The notes under the pieces were generated by a model. The model saw nothing but the letters and a program-made list of their open reading frames with translations. It did not search any database and was not told where the DNA came from. Positions 9,986 to 20,077 of a DNA stretch of 64,000 nucleotides are shown one piece after another. Source of the stretch: Candidatus Eiseniibacteriota bacterium (lineage in GTDB: Bacteria > Eisenbacteria > RBG-16-71-46). The stretch spans positions 640,001 to 704,000 of the forward strand of contig CAVSAC010000010.1 in NCBI GenBank assembly GCA_963725865.1, in the 5' to 3' direction. The number at the start of each line of letters is the position of its first letter. The stretch's first letter is position 1. The position numbers and the translations under genes were made by a program.

Positions 9986-11460
9986 CCGCCGCCTGGATCC
10001 CGGTCGCGCTGCTGGCCACCCCGCTCGTCACCGCCATTCCCGTGAGCGTGGCGCCCGCGCGCGTGCGCGCCTGGCTGTGGGTGCTCGGCAGCCTCGTCGC
10101 GCTCGCGTTCGCCGGCGTGCAGGCGGCGCACGTGGTCACCGCGGGGCCGCTGACCACGCTCGGCGGCGAGCTGCTGGTCGACGGCCTGGCCGCGCTGATG
10201 GCGCTGGTGATCGCGTTCCTCGCGCTGGCGTGCTCGCTCTACGCGGTGGACTACCTGCCGGGCACGCATCCGCACGAGCCGGAGCGCCGCGAGCGGCTGG
10301 AGCGGCGCATGCCGCTCTTCACGGTGCTGTTCCTGGTGCTCGAGACCACGCTGTTCTGGACGGTGATGACGAACAACATCGTCCTGCTGTGGGTGGCGCT
10401 CGAGGCCACCACGCTCGCCTCCGCGCTGCTGGTGTCGTTCTACTGGGACCCGCGCGCGCTCGAGGCCGGCTACAAGTACCTGCTGCTCCTGACCGTCGGC
10501 ATCACCTCGGCGTTCTTCGGCTGCGTGCTGCTGTACGCCGCCGCCGCGCCGCTGCTGGGGGACGAGTCGGCGCTGCTCATCAGCCACCTGGCGCGGGTGG
10601 CCGATCGCATCCCGCCGCACCTGGCGCTCACCGCGGCGGTGCTGCTGCTGATCGGCTTCGGCACCAAGGCGGGGCTGGCGCCGTTCCACCCCTGGGTGGC
10701 CGACGCGCACGCCGAGGCCCCCGCGGTGATGAGCGCGTTCCTCTCGAGCGTCATCATCAAGGTGCCGTTCGTGGGCCTGATCCGAGTCTGGGCGCTGCTG
10801 GGGCCCCGCTTCCCGGCGCTGAACGAGGCGCTGCTGTGGCTGGGCGCGTTCACCATGGTGGTGGGCGCGGCGCTCGCGCTGGCGCAGGACGACCTCAAGC
10901 GCCTGCACGCATACTCGAGCGTCTCGCAGGTCGGGTTCATCGCCGCCGCACTCGGGCTCGGGCCGCCGCTGGGCCCCTACGCCGCGGTGTTCTTCCTGGT
11001 GAGCCACGCGCTCACCAAGGGGCTCCTGTTCCTGTCCACCGGCGCGGTCGTGTACTCGGCGCACGAGCTGCGCAGCCTGTCGGCGCTCGGCGGCCTGCGC
11101 CGGCGCATGCCGGTGACCGCGGCGTGCGCGCTGGTCGGCGCGCTGTCGCTGGCGGGGATGCCGCCGTTCAGCGGCTTCGTCGCCAAGGCCCAGGTGATCC
11201 TGGCCGCCGCCGGCGCGCGCGCGTGGGTGCTGATGGCGATCGCGCTGCTCACCAGCCTGGTGACGATGGCGTACATGACCGGCATGGTGCAGCGGGTGTT
11301 CCGCGGCCGGCCGCAGAGCGACGCGCTGGTGCTCGACGAGGTCCACGAGGTGCCGGCGGCGATGATCGCCGGCATGCTGCTGCTGGTCGGCGCGATCGTG
11401 GCGCTCGGCCTGCAGCCGCAATGGCTCGACCCGCTGCTGTCGCACTTGCCGGGAGGCTGA
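9979..11460 (+). CDS. HyfF-like antiporter-type membrane subunit
   Basis: WVALEATTLASALLV, ALEAGYKY, GFGTKAGLAPFHPWVADAHAEAP, GMPPFSGFVAK. Confidence 0.88.
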   Translation: MVAAAWIPVALLATPLVTAIPVSVAPARVRAWLWVLGSLVALAFAGVQAAHVVTAGPLTTLGGELLVDGLAALMALVIAFLALACSLYAVDYLPGTHPHEPERRERLERRMPLFTVLFLVLETTLFWTVMTNNIVLLWVALEATTLASALLVSFYWDPRALEAGYKYLLLLTVGITSAFFGCVLLYAAAAPLLGDESALLISHLARVADRIPPHLALTAAVLLLIGFGTKAGLAPFHPWVADAHAEAPAVMSAFLSSVIIKVPFVGLIRVWALLGPRFPALNEALLWLGAFTMVVGAALALAQDDLKRLHAYSSVSQVGFIAAALGLGPPLGPYAAVFFLVSHALTKGLLFLSTGAVVYSAHELRSLSALGGLRRRMPVTAACALVGALSLAGMPPFSGFVAKAQVILAAAGARAWVLMAIALLTSLVTMAYMTGMVQRVFRGRPQSDALVLDEVHEVPAAMIAGMLLLVGAIVALGLQPQWLDPLLSHLPGG

Positions 11461-11476
11461 TCGAGGAGGGGGTGTC

Positions 11477-11989
11477 GTGAACGGGCTGCTCGGACGGCTG
11501 TTCCCCAAGGCGCTGCCGAAGTCGCTGTGGGTGTTCCACACCAACGCGGGCGGCTGCAACGGCTGCGACATCGAGGTGCTGGACGCGCTGACGCCCCACT
11601 TCGACGTGGAGCGGTTCGGCATGCGGCTGGTGGGCTCGCCGCGCCACGCCGACGTGCTGCTGGTGTGCGGCCCGGTGACGCGGCCCATGCTGCGCCCCCT
11701 GAAGGCGCTCTACGACGCGGTCCCCGACCCCAAGATCGTGATCGCGATCGGCGCGTGCGCGGTCGGCGGCGGACCGTGGTTCGACACCTACAACGTGGTG
11801 GGCGGCGTGGACAAGGTGATCCCGGTGGACCTGTACGTCCCCGGGTGCCCGGCGCGGCCCGAGGCCATCCTGCACGGGGTGGCGCAGCTGTTGAAGCTGG
11901 CATCGAAGCAGGTGGCGCGCGTGAGCGACGCTCAGGAGAGTCCGGAGGATCTCTCCCGGGTCGGCCACACGCCCGAGCGCGCATCGTGA
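11477..11989 (+). CDS. Hydrogenase small subunit, NuoB-like (HycG/HyfI)
   Basis: GGCNGCDIE, SPRHADVL, GACAVGGG, VPGCPARPE. Confidence 0.93.
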   Translation: MNGLLGRLFPKALPKSLWVFHTNAGGCNGCDIEVLDALTPHFDVERFGMRLVGSPRHADVLLVCGPVTRPMLRPLKALYDAVPDPKIVIAIGACAVGGGPWFDTYNVVGGVDKVIPVDLYVPGCPARPEAILHGVAQLLKLASKQVARVSDAQESPEDLSRVGHTPERAS

Positions 11990-12050
11990 GCCCGCGCCGG
12001 GCGCCCCGGAAGGCGCACGGCCGCGGATGACGAGAACCTCAGACGCGACG

Positions 12051-12082
12051 GGGCGCCCGTCCGAGCGATCGGACCGGCGCCC
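12051..12082. terminator. GC-rich hairpin between convergent genes (possible terminator)
   Basis: GGGCGCCCGTCCGA-GCGA-TCGGACCGGCGCCC inverted repeat with one mismatch; no U-tract. Confidence 0.45.
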
Positions 12083-12111
12083 CGCGCTCGTTCGGGCAGC
12101 TCGTCAGGCGC

Positions 12112-14127
12112 TCAGGCAGCCTTCTCCTTCGACTTCGCCATCGCCCCGAACCACAGGTACAGGCAGAGCGCGAGGAAGCCCGCCGCGGAGACCAGTTGCG
12201 AGACGGCGTCGTGCGCGTAGAACGGGGTGGTGATCCGATCCTCGGAGTACCAGGGGAACAGTCGCAGCGCCGCGCCGAACACGCCGCCGAGTGCCCCACC
12301 CGCCATCAGGCCCGAGGCGATGATGACGCCGCGCTCGCGCATGAGCGATCCCGCGGGGCCGCCCGCCTTCTCCGAGCGCTTCGTCACCAGGTGGTGGAGG
12401 AAGCCGCCCACCAGCGCCGGCGAGTTGAGCTCCAGCGGCAGGTACATGCCGAGCGCGAAGACCAGCGAGGGCACGCCGACCATCTCGAGCATGAGGGTGG
12501 TGAGGATGCCGGCGCCGAACAGGACGTACGCGATCGGCTGGTGGCTCATGAAGCCCTGGGTCAGCTCCTTCATGATCGCCGCCTGCGGGGACTCGAGCAC
12601 CTGGCGCACCGGGCCGCCGGGGATCGCGTCGGCGAAGTAGAACGCCCGCGACAGCATCACGATGGTGAGCGCCGCCGCGACCGACGCGAAGACGCCGCCC
12701 AGGAACTTCACCTTCTCCTGATCGGCGGGAGTCGAGCCCAGCCAGTAGCCGGTCTTGAGGTCGGTGACGGTCTGGCCCGACACCGACAGCGCGGTGCACA
12801 CCATCCCGGCGATCGCGAGCACGAAGAACATCCCCGTGGTGCCCGAGAGCCCGAAGTTCAGGAGCACCGCCGACGAGATGATGATGGTCAGCATGGTCAT
12901 GCCCGAGACCGGGTTGCGAGCCGTCGTGGCGATCGCGTTGGCGGCGACCGAGGTGAAGAAGAACGAGAACACCAGCACCAGCACGAGGCCGGCGATCAGC
13001 ACCGGGATGGAGGGCTTGAGCGAGCCCATGAACACCGCGACTCCGATCGCGCTCACCACGACGCCGAGCAGGATGCTCATGACCGGGATGTCGCGGTCGG
13101 TGCGCTCGAGCCCGCTCTTCTCGCCGTGCTGGAACGCGTGCGCGGCGACCGCGAAGGAGCCCACCACGATGCGCAGCGACTTGACGATGCCGAAGATGCC
13201 GGCGGTCGCGATCGCGCCCACGCCCACGAAGCGCACGTAGCCGCGGAAGATCTCGCTCGCGGTCATCTCGGCGATCGGCTTGACCGCCGGGTAGACCGCG
13301 ACGTCGGGGGGCAGGTGACGCCCGACCATCCAGATCAGCGGCACCAGCACGAAGTTCGCGAGCACCCCGCCGGCGCACAGGATCATCGAGGAGCGCAGGC
13401 CCATCACGTAGCCGAGGCCCAGGATGAAGCCAATGGCGTCGAAGCGCAGCGAGACCCGGCCGCGGTCGTAGAGCCCCTGCATCGCCGGGACGAAGCGGAA
13501 GTCCAGGTACTCCTTCCAGACGTGGAACGTGGTCACGAAGAAGTCGTAGAGCCCCGCGATTCCAGTGGCCTGGAGCAGCAGCGCGGCCTGCGAGCCGCCC
13601 TTCTCGCCCGTCACCAGCACCTCGGTGATGGCGGTGGCCTCGGGGTACGGGTACTGCCCGTGGGTCTCGCGCACGAAGTAGCGCCGGAGCGGGATCAGGA
13701 ACAGCACGCCGAGGCAGGCGCCCGCCAGGCAGATGAAGATGGTCTGGATCGGGTGCGGATCGAGCCCGAGCATGTAGAGCGCGGGCAGCGTGAAGATCGC
13801 GCCCGCCACCACCGAGCCCGACATCCCGCCGATGCCGGTGATGATGACGTTCTCGAGCATTCCGGCGCGGCGCGGAAGCACCCGCGCCAGCCCGATCGCG
13901 AGGATCGAGATCGGGATCGCCGCCTCCATCACCTGCCCGACCTTGAGCCCCGAGTAGGCCGAAGCGACGGTGAAGACGACGCAGAGGAACAGCCCCCAGA
14001 ACAGCGACCACATCGTGATCTGACGCGGCGCCGCGGAGGCGGGAACGATCGGCTGGTAGGCCTCGCCCGGCTTCAGCAGCGTGTACGCGTTCTCCGGCAG
14101 CGACTTCTTGGCGTTGTCGTCGTGCAT
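12112..14127 (-). CDS. OPT-family oligopeptide transporter
   Basis: YSGLKVGQVMEAAIPISI, FLIPLRRYFV, YPEATA, NPVSGMT, DLKTGYWLGSTP, ASGLMAG. Start MHDDNAK at 14127. Confidence 0.92.
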   Translation of the reverse strand: MHDDNAKKSLPENAYTLLKPGEAYQPIVPASAAPRQITMWSLFWGLFLCVVFTVASAYSGLKVGQVMEAAIPISILAIGLARVLPRRAGMLENVIITGIGGMSGSVVAGAIFTLPALYMLGLDPHPIQTIFICLAGACLGVLFLIPLRRYFVRETHGQYPYPEATAITEVLVTGEKGGSQAALLLQATGIAGLYDFFVTTFHVWKEYLDFRFVPAMQGLYDRGRVSLRFDAIGFILGLGYVMGLRSSMILCAGGVLANFVLVPLIWMVGRHLPPDVAVYPAVKPIAEMTASEIFRGYVRFVGVGAIATAGIFGIVKSLRIVVGSFAVAAHAFQHGEKSGLERTDRDIPVMSILLGVVVSAIGVAVFMGSLKPSIPVLIAGLVLVLVFSFFFTSVAANAIATTARNPVSGMTMLTIIISSAVLLNFGLSGTTGMFFVLAIAGMVCTALSVSGQTVTDLKTGYWLGSTPADQEKVKFLGGVFASVAAALTIVMLSRAFYFADAIPGGPVRQVLESPQAAIMKELTQGFMSHQPIAYVLFGAGILTTLMLEMVGVPSLVFALGMYLPLELNSPALVGGFLHHLVTKRSEKAGGPAGSLMRERGVIIASGLMAGGALGGVFGAALRLFPWYSEDRITTPFYAHDAVSQLVSAAGFLALCLYLWFGAMAKSKEKAA

Positions 14128-14347
14128 GACGGCCGTTTCCCTCGCGTGGAGATCGTGGGGTGGTCGAGCGGGCAGCATAGCGTGTGCACCGCGCCATCCC
14201 AAGGCGACTCGTGCGACGGTCGCGGCGGCCGGCCCATCGCGCCGCGCGGCCCCGCGGCCGCGCTTGTCCGACCCCGCGGCGCGGCCCTACAGTCCGGCGA
14301 TCGGCACCCCTTGCTGTGTCGTCACTCGATCCGTCGAAAGGCCACCG

Positions 14348-15664
14348 ATGTCCCCGAACCTGCGCCTCGCCCGCTCTGTTGCCTCCCTGCCCCGCCTCGT
14401 CACGCTCGCCGCGCTGCTGGCCGCGGCGTGGCTGCCCCGCGCGAGCCTCGCCGCGCCCCGGCCGCTCCCCGTCACGCTGGTCGAGACCCGTCCCGTCGAG
14501 TCCACGCTCGGCAATCCCGAGCTTCCGTCGGCGGTCGACGTGTGGCTGGAGATGATCGGCGGCGCCCGGCGCACGCTCGACATCGAGCAGTTCTACTGCA
14601 GCGATTGGCCGGGCGAGCCGATGCGCCCGGTGCTCGACGCGATCGGGGCGGCCGCACGGCGCGGCGTGAAGGTCCGGTTCCTGCTCGATGCCGGGATGCA
14701 CAAGACCTACCCGATGCCCGCCGACTCGCTCGGCCGGCTCGCGGGCGTCACGGTGCGGCTGGTGGACTACCACCGCATCGCGGGCGGGATCCAGCACGCC
14801 AAGTTCTTCCTGGTCGACGGCACCCGCACGTTCCTCGGCAGCCAGAACTTCGACTGGCGGGCGCTCCGGCACATCCACGAGCTGGGCGTGCGGATCGACG
14901 ACGCGCGGGTGACCGAGGTGTTCCAGCAGGCGTTCGACATGGACTGGGGCGCGTCCGTCGGCGCGCCGGGCGACAGCATCGCGGCCGACTCGCTGGCCGC
15001 GCTGCGGGCGAGAGCGGCGCGCGCGGCGCTGCCGCCGCTGCCGATCACGATCGTCCAGGCGCCGCGCGACACGGTGCGGGTGTGGCCGTCGTACAACCCG
15101 CGCTCGTTCATCCCCGCGCCGGCGCTGTGGGACCGCGACGCGCTCGAGCGGCTGCTCGACTCGGCGCACCAATCGATCGTGCTGCAGGCGCTCAGCTACG
15201 GGACCGGCGGGCGCGGCGAGCGCGATTCCACGCTCGACCAGGCCCTGCGCCGCGCGGCCGCGCGCGGCGTGAAGGTGCGGCTGATCATCTCGGACTGGGA
15301 GACCGGCGGCATCGTCGACCTGCAGCGACTCTCGACCGTGCCGAACGTCGAGGTGAAGCTTTCGACCGTGCCGGAGTGGAGCGGCGGCTACATCCCGTTC
15401 GCGCGGGTCGAGCACTGCAAGTACGTCGTCGTGGACGAGGCGCGCACCTGGGTGGGCACCAGCAACTGGGAGCCCGGCTACTTCCTCGGGTCGCGCAACC
15501 TTGCGGTGATCCTCGACGATCGCCGGCTGGCCGGGCAGGCGCAGCGCATCTTCGAGACCTCGTGGACCGCCCCGGGGGCCCAGACTGTCCGCGCCGATGC
15601 CACCTACCCGCGCAAGGCGCACGGCGAGGAGTCCCCGGACGGCCGCGCGGTCTACGGGCGATGA
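14348..15664 (+). CDS. Secreted phospholipase D-superfamily protein with two HKD motifs
   Basis: Signal peptide; HAKFFLVD...GSQNFD and HCKYVVVD...GTSNW. Confidence 0.9.
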   Translation: MSPNLRLARSVASLPRLVTLAALLAAAWLPRASLAAPRPLPVTLVETRPVESTLGNPELPSAVDVWLEMIGGARRTLDIEQFYCSDWPGEPMRPVLDAIGAAARRGVKVRFLLDAGMHKTYPMPADSLGRLAGVTVRLVDYHRIAGGIQHAKFFLVDGTRTFLGSQNFDWRALRHIHELGVRIDDARVTEVFQQAFDMDWGASVGAPGDSIAADSLAALRARAARAALPPLPITIVQAPRDTVRVWPSYNPRSFIPAPALWDRDALERLLDSAHQSIVLQALSYGTGGRGERDSTLDQALRRAAARGVKVRLIISDWETGGIVDLQRLSTVPNVEVKLSTVPEWSGGYIPFARVEHCKYVVVDEARTWVGTSNWEPGYFLGSRNLAVILDDRRLAGQAQRIFETSWTAPGAQTVRADATYPRKAHGEESPDGRAVYGR

Positions 15665-17007
15665 GCCGGACCGCGCGCCTGCTGCCGCTCGCCGCCGCCG
15701 CGCTGCTGGCGCTCGCGGGCGGCGCGGACGCGCGCGCCGCCCGCGCGCCGCTTGGGATCGAGCGCCTCCAGCACCTGGTCGTGATCGTGCTCGAGAACCA
15801 CAGCTTCGACAATCTCTACGGCGAGTTCCCGGGCGCCGACGGCTTCGTGTCCGCGCGCCACCTGTGGCCGCAGATCGACGAGCACGGAGTGCCCTACGCG
15901 ACGCTGCCGGTCGCCCGTCACAGCCCGATCCCGGCCGGGCTGCCGAACCACCCGTTCTGCCTGCAGACGTACGTCGACATCGACACCACGATGCCCGACC
16001 TCTCGCACTCGCTGGACGACGAGCGGTTCCAGATCCACGGCGGCCGCATGGACCGCTTCGTGCTCGGCAACAGCTCGAAGGCCGCGGCACTCGGCTACTT
16101 CCACACCCGCGACCTGCCGCTGGCGTCGCTCGCGAGCGAGTACACGTTGTGCGATCGGTTCTTCCACGCCTCGATCGGCGGCTCGATGCTGGACCACCAG
16201 TGGCTGATCGCCGCGCGCACGCCGCGCTGGCCGGATGCGCCCGACAGCGTGCGGCTGCGCCACGACGCCCGGGGCCGCGTGACGCACAACGGCTACGTGA
16301 CCGAGGACGGATTCGTGGTGGGGACCTCCCAGAGCCGGCTCGGCCCGCACGAGGCGAAGCTCGCGGACTCGGTGCTGGTGCCGGCGCAGGACTACGACAC
16401 CATCGGCGAGCGCCTGAGCGAGCGGGGCGTGAGCTGGGCGTGGTACGCCGAGGGCTGGGACGACGCGGTCGCCGGTCGCGAGGGCCTGTCGTTCCAGTAC
16501 CACCACCACCCGTTCGTCTACTTCCGCCGCTACGGCCCCGGCACCGAGGGGCGGCGCCTGCACCTGCTCGACGGCGCCGAGTTCCTGAGCGCCGTGCGCG
16601 CGGGCACCCTGCCCGCCGTGGCGTTCGTGAAGCCGATCGGGCGCTACAACGAGCACCCGGGCTACGCGGACGTGCTCTCCGGCGAGCAGCACACGCTCGA
16701 GCTGGTGAAGGCGGTGATGGGCGGACCGCAATGGGACAGCACCGCGATCGTGATCACCTACGACGAGCACGGCGGGTTCTGGGACCACGTGGCGCCGCCG
16801 GTGGTGGACCGCTGGGGCCCCGGGCTGCGGGTGCCGACGCTGGTGATCGCGCCGTTCGCGAAGCGGCACCACGTCGACCACACCGCCTACGACACCACGT
16901 CGATCCTGGCGCTGATCGAGCGGCGCTGGGGGCTGAGCCCGCTCGCCACGCGAGACGCGCACGCCGCCCCGCTGCTGGGCGCGTTCGACTTCGGGACGCG
17001 GCGCTAG
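15661..17007 (+). CDS. Secreted acid phosphatase / phospholipase C (AcpA-type phosphoesterase)
   Basis: HLVVIVLENHSFDNLYG, GGSMLDH, NEHPGY, ITYDEHGGFWDHV, GLRVPTLVIAPF, YDTTSIL. ATGA overlap. Confidence 0.9.
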   Translation: MSRTARLLPLAAAALLALAGGADARAARAPLGIERLQHLVVIVLENHSFDNLYGEFPGADGFVSARHLWPQIDEHGVPYATLPVARHSPIPAGLPNHPFCLQTYVDIDTTMPDLSHSLDDERFQIHGGRMDRFVLGNSSKAAALGYFHTRDLPLASLASEYTLCDRFFHASIGGSMLDHQWLIAARTPRWPDAPDSVRLRHDARGRVTHNGYVTEDGFVVGTSQSRLGPHEAKLADSVLVPAQDYDTIGERLSERGVSWAWYAEGWDDAVAGREGLSFQYHHHPFVYFRRYGPGTEGRRLHLLDGAEFLSAVRAGTLPAVAFVKPIGRYNEHPGYADVLSGEQHTLELVKAVMGGPQWDSTAIVITYDEHGGFWDHVAPPVVDRWGPGLRVPTLVIAPFAKRHHVDHTAYDTTSILALIERRWGLSPLATRDAHAAPLLGAFDFGTRR

Positions 17008-19049
17008 CGCTTCGCCCCGGCCGCGGTCCCGGGCGCCCCGCTGCCGCGCGCGCCGCGATGGTGGTCGTACCAGTCCAGCCACGCCTGCCAGCGGTGCGCG
17101 TTGTGAGCGGGCTCGACGAAGCCGTGGTCCTCGCGCGGGTAGGCGTAGAACGTGACCGGGCAGCCGACGTCGCGCAGCGCGCGATACAGCAGGATGCTCT
17201 GCTGGAACGGCACCCGGGCGTCCTCCTGGCCCTGCAGGATCAGCGTCGGCGCGCGCGCCCCGGCGATCGCGCGTATGGGATTCGCGCGGTCGAAGTGCTC
17301 GGTCTGGTGCCACGGGTCGCCCCGGTACTCCCACTGCGCGGCGACCCCGTGGTTGATGTCGCTGAGCGCGTACGAGAGGACCACGTCGTTCACGCCCGCC
17401 CCCACCACGTGCGCGCGGTAGCGGTGCACGTGGCCGAGCGTCCAGGCGCTGATGTAGCCGCCCCACGACCAGCCGCCGAAGAACAAGTTGTTGGGGTCCA
17501 CGCGTCGCGCGGCGATCAACGCGTCGACGCCGCTCTCGATGTCCATCGACTCGAGCGCGCCGAAGCGGTCGCGGTTCGCCGCGTAGAACGCGTGGCCGTA
17601 CGCGACGCCGCCGCGGTAGTTGGGACGGAACACCGCGTAGCCGTGCGCGGCGAGGAACACGGTGAATGCACTGAAGCGCCGCGGCGTCACGTCGTCGGGT
17701 CCACCGTGCGGGAACACCACGAGCGGCGGCGGGCTCGGCGCGTGCGCCGCGGCCGGCGGCAGCGTGAGCAGTCCCTCGAGCGCCGTGCCCTCGGGGCCGG
17801 TCCAGCGCACGACCTCGGTGGCGCCGACCGCCCACGTCGACGTCTGCGGGTGGAGGCGGGCCACCACCCGCACCGCGCGCGTGGCGAGGTCGAACACGGT
17901 GGGATCCGGCGGCTCGGTGTCACTCGAGGACAGGCACACCACCCGGGCGCCGTCGCGCGCGAGCGCGAAGTCGCCGTCGATCACGCGCCCGGAGAAGCCC
18001 AGGTCCTGCGGCGTGCCCCCGGCGGCCGCGATGCGCCACAGCGCCGTGCCCGTGCGCTCCCTGATCAGCGCCACCACCGACTGGCCGTCGGGCGCCCACT
18101 CGATGCGGTCGAACGCGGGATCGAGCGACGGCGAGAGCTCGCGCGCCCCGGTGCCCTCGGCGTCGCACAGCATCAGGCTGTTCTGCAGCGTGAGCCCGTC
18201 GCGCACGGTGAGGAATGCGACACGGCGGCCGTCGGGCGACCAGCGCAACTGGTCGACGGAGTGGGTGCCATCGGTGAGGGTGCGCAGCACCCGGCCGTCC
18301 GCCATCGACACGATGCGGACGGTGACCAGCGTGCTCGCCAGGTAGGGGTCGGACGATTCGCTGGTCTGCACCGCCAGCCGCGCGCCGTCCGGCGCGAGCG
18401 CCCAATCGGCGACGTGCTCGGGCCCCTTCGTGACCCGGCGCGGCACGCCGCCGGCGCGTGGCACCACGTAGACGGCGGTCGCGCGCCACTCGGTGTCCCA
18501 CTCCTCCACCCCACCGCTCGCCCATTCGGCGTCCTTCTCCTTCTGGGACTTGGGCTCCGCGGCGCCGAAGACGAACGAGCGGCCGTCCGGCGTCCACTCG
18601 AGGCTGCCGGGCTCGAGCGTGCCGGTGTCGACCACCTCGGCCTCGCCGCCGTCGAGGCGCATCACCTGGATGCGGGTCGTCCCCTCGCGCTTGCGCAGGA
18701 ACGCGATCTCGCGGCCGTCGGGCGACCAGCGCGGCGTGCCCGCGCGCTCCTTGGCGGTGGTGAGCGCGCGTGTCGCGCCGGTGGCGAGATCCACCAGCCA
18801 CAGCTGGCGCGCGTTGGTCCAGCCCGCGTCGTGATCGTCCGCCGACGGCTTGGCGGCCGCGTCGAAGACGTGCGTGGTGAGCGCCACGACGGCGGCGTGC
18901 CCGTCGGGCGCCAGGCGCAGGTCGCCGACACCCGCGAGCGCCGCGATGTCGGCGGCGGTCGGGTGCACGGGGGTCGCGGCGAACGCGCATGCGCCGACCA
19001 GCGAGAGCAGCAGCACGAGCGGGGCGATCACGCGGATGCGGCGGGGCAT
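17004..19049 (-). CDS. S9-family (acylaminoacyl/prolyl oligo-) peptidase, secreted
   Basis: Signal peptide, WD40/PD40-like WSPDG repeats, PHGGP, GWSWGG nucleophile, QEDARVP, REDHGF. Confidence 0.92.
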   Translation of the reverse strand: MPRRIRVIAPLVLLLSLVGACAFAATPVHPTAADIAALAGVGDLRLAPDGHAAVVALTTHVFDAAAKPSADDHDAGWTNARQLWLVDLATGATRALTTAKERAGTPRWSPDGREIAFLRKREGTTRIQVMRLDGGEAEVVDTGTLEPGSLEWTPDGRSFVFGAAEPKSQKEKDAEWASGGVEEWDTEWRATAVYVVPRAGGVPRRVTKGPEHVADWALAPDGARLAVQTSESSDPYLASTLVTVRIVSMADGRVLRTLTDGTHSVDQLRWSPDGRRVAFLTVRDGLTLQNSLMLCDAEGTGARELSPSLDPAFDRIEWAPDGQSVVALIRERTGTALWRIAAAGGTPQDLGFSGRVIDGDFALARDGARVVCLSSSDTEPPDPTVFDLATRAVRVVARLHPQTSTWAVGATEVVRWTGPEGTALEGLLTLPPAAAHAPSPPPLVVFPHGGPDDVTPRRFSAFTVFLAAHGYAVFRPNYRGGVAYGHAFYAANRDRFGALESMDIESGVDALIAARRVDPNNLFFGGWSWGGYISAWTLGHVHRYRAHVVGAGVNDVVLSYALSDINHGVAAQWEYRGDPWHQTEHFDRANPIRAIAGARAPTLILQGQEDARVPFQQSILLYRALRDVGCPVTFYAYPREDHGFVEPAHNAHRWQAWLDWYDHHRGARGSGAPGTAAGAKR

Positions 19050-19240
19050 CGACGACCTCCTCGGGGTACGGCCGGGCGAGCGAACGACGGCGAAGGACGG
19101 CGCACTGTAGCGCGGACCCGGCCGCGGCGCATGGGCCGATCGCGCGCGGATCGACCGGAGCGGCGCTTCCGCCGCCCGGCGCGGAGCGCGCCGCCGCGGT
19201 GGCGGGCCGCCTCCGCGTCGGGCGACCGCGCGACGGCGGA

Positions 19241-20069
19241 CTAGCGAGCGCGCGCCTCGCGGGTCAGGCCGAGCTTCTCGGGCACCTTGAGGAGCTTGCC
19301 CCACACGGTGCCCGGGATGCTCGCCGGCACGTACCGGACGCCGAGCTGGCGGAGCCGGATCGAGAGCATCGCCTCGTTCAGGATCGCCCGCACCTTCGCG
19401 CGGAAGTGACCCCAGGTCGCGGGGCCCAGCTCGAAATGGCTGTGCCAGCGCCGCGTGAGCCACTCGACGACGTAGTCGCGGTAGGCCTGGTTCAGCGGGG
19501 CGTCGGGCCGGAACACCGCTCCGGGCCCCGGATAGGCCGCCGCGAGGAATGCGTCCAGGTCGTGCTCGCGCACGCTGACCACGCTGCCGAGCCGATCGAC
19601 GGTCCGCTTCGAGAGCAGGAAGCAGCTCGTGCAGATCCACCACCGCGCGCTCTGGCCGTAGACCCGCGCGTCCCGCTTGGAACGTGTCCACGCGGCCGAG
19701 CGCGAGATCCAGCACGGCGGTCTTCCACAGCAGCCAGCCGCCTGCGAAGTCGCGCAGGAAGCTGGTGCCGCTCGCCTCGAACGCCTCGTTCACGAACAGG
19801 ACGACGTCGCACGGGAGATTGCGCTCGCGCAGGAACTCGACGCCCCGCTGCCAGGCGGAGAACTCGCGGTCGCGGTTGTCCCCCTGCAGCACCCAGGTGT
19901 TCGCGTCGACCTGGCGCGCGCCGGTCCCCTCGTCGTGGTTGTCGATCCGGATCACCGTCGTCGGGTGGCCCGCGAACCCCCGGAGGTACGTCGCGAGGCG
20001 CTCGAAGCTCCCCGCGTAGCGCACGCGGTCGTATTCGACGTAGAGGACGACGAGCTGGAATCGGCGCAT
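19241..20069 (-). CDS. Hypothetical protein in the rml operon, possibly glycan-synthesis related; apparent +1 frameshift at ~19679
   Basis: N-part MRRFQLVVLYVEYD...REFSAWQRG...VLFVNEAF...LGRVDTF and C-part KRDARVYGQ...ICTSCFLL...ILNEAMLS join if one C is removed from TTCCAAG on the minus strand. Confidence 0.6.
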
Positions 20070-20077
20070 CGGAGCAC

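Noticed and set aside
2789..11989. Respiratory complex I (nuo) or a Ni-less Ehr complex
   Set aside because: Both Ni-binding CxxC motifs, a cleavable tail and a HycI protease indicate a true [NiFe]-hydrogenase.
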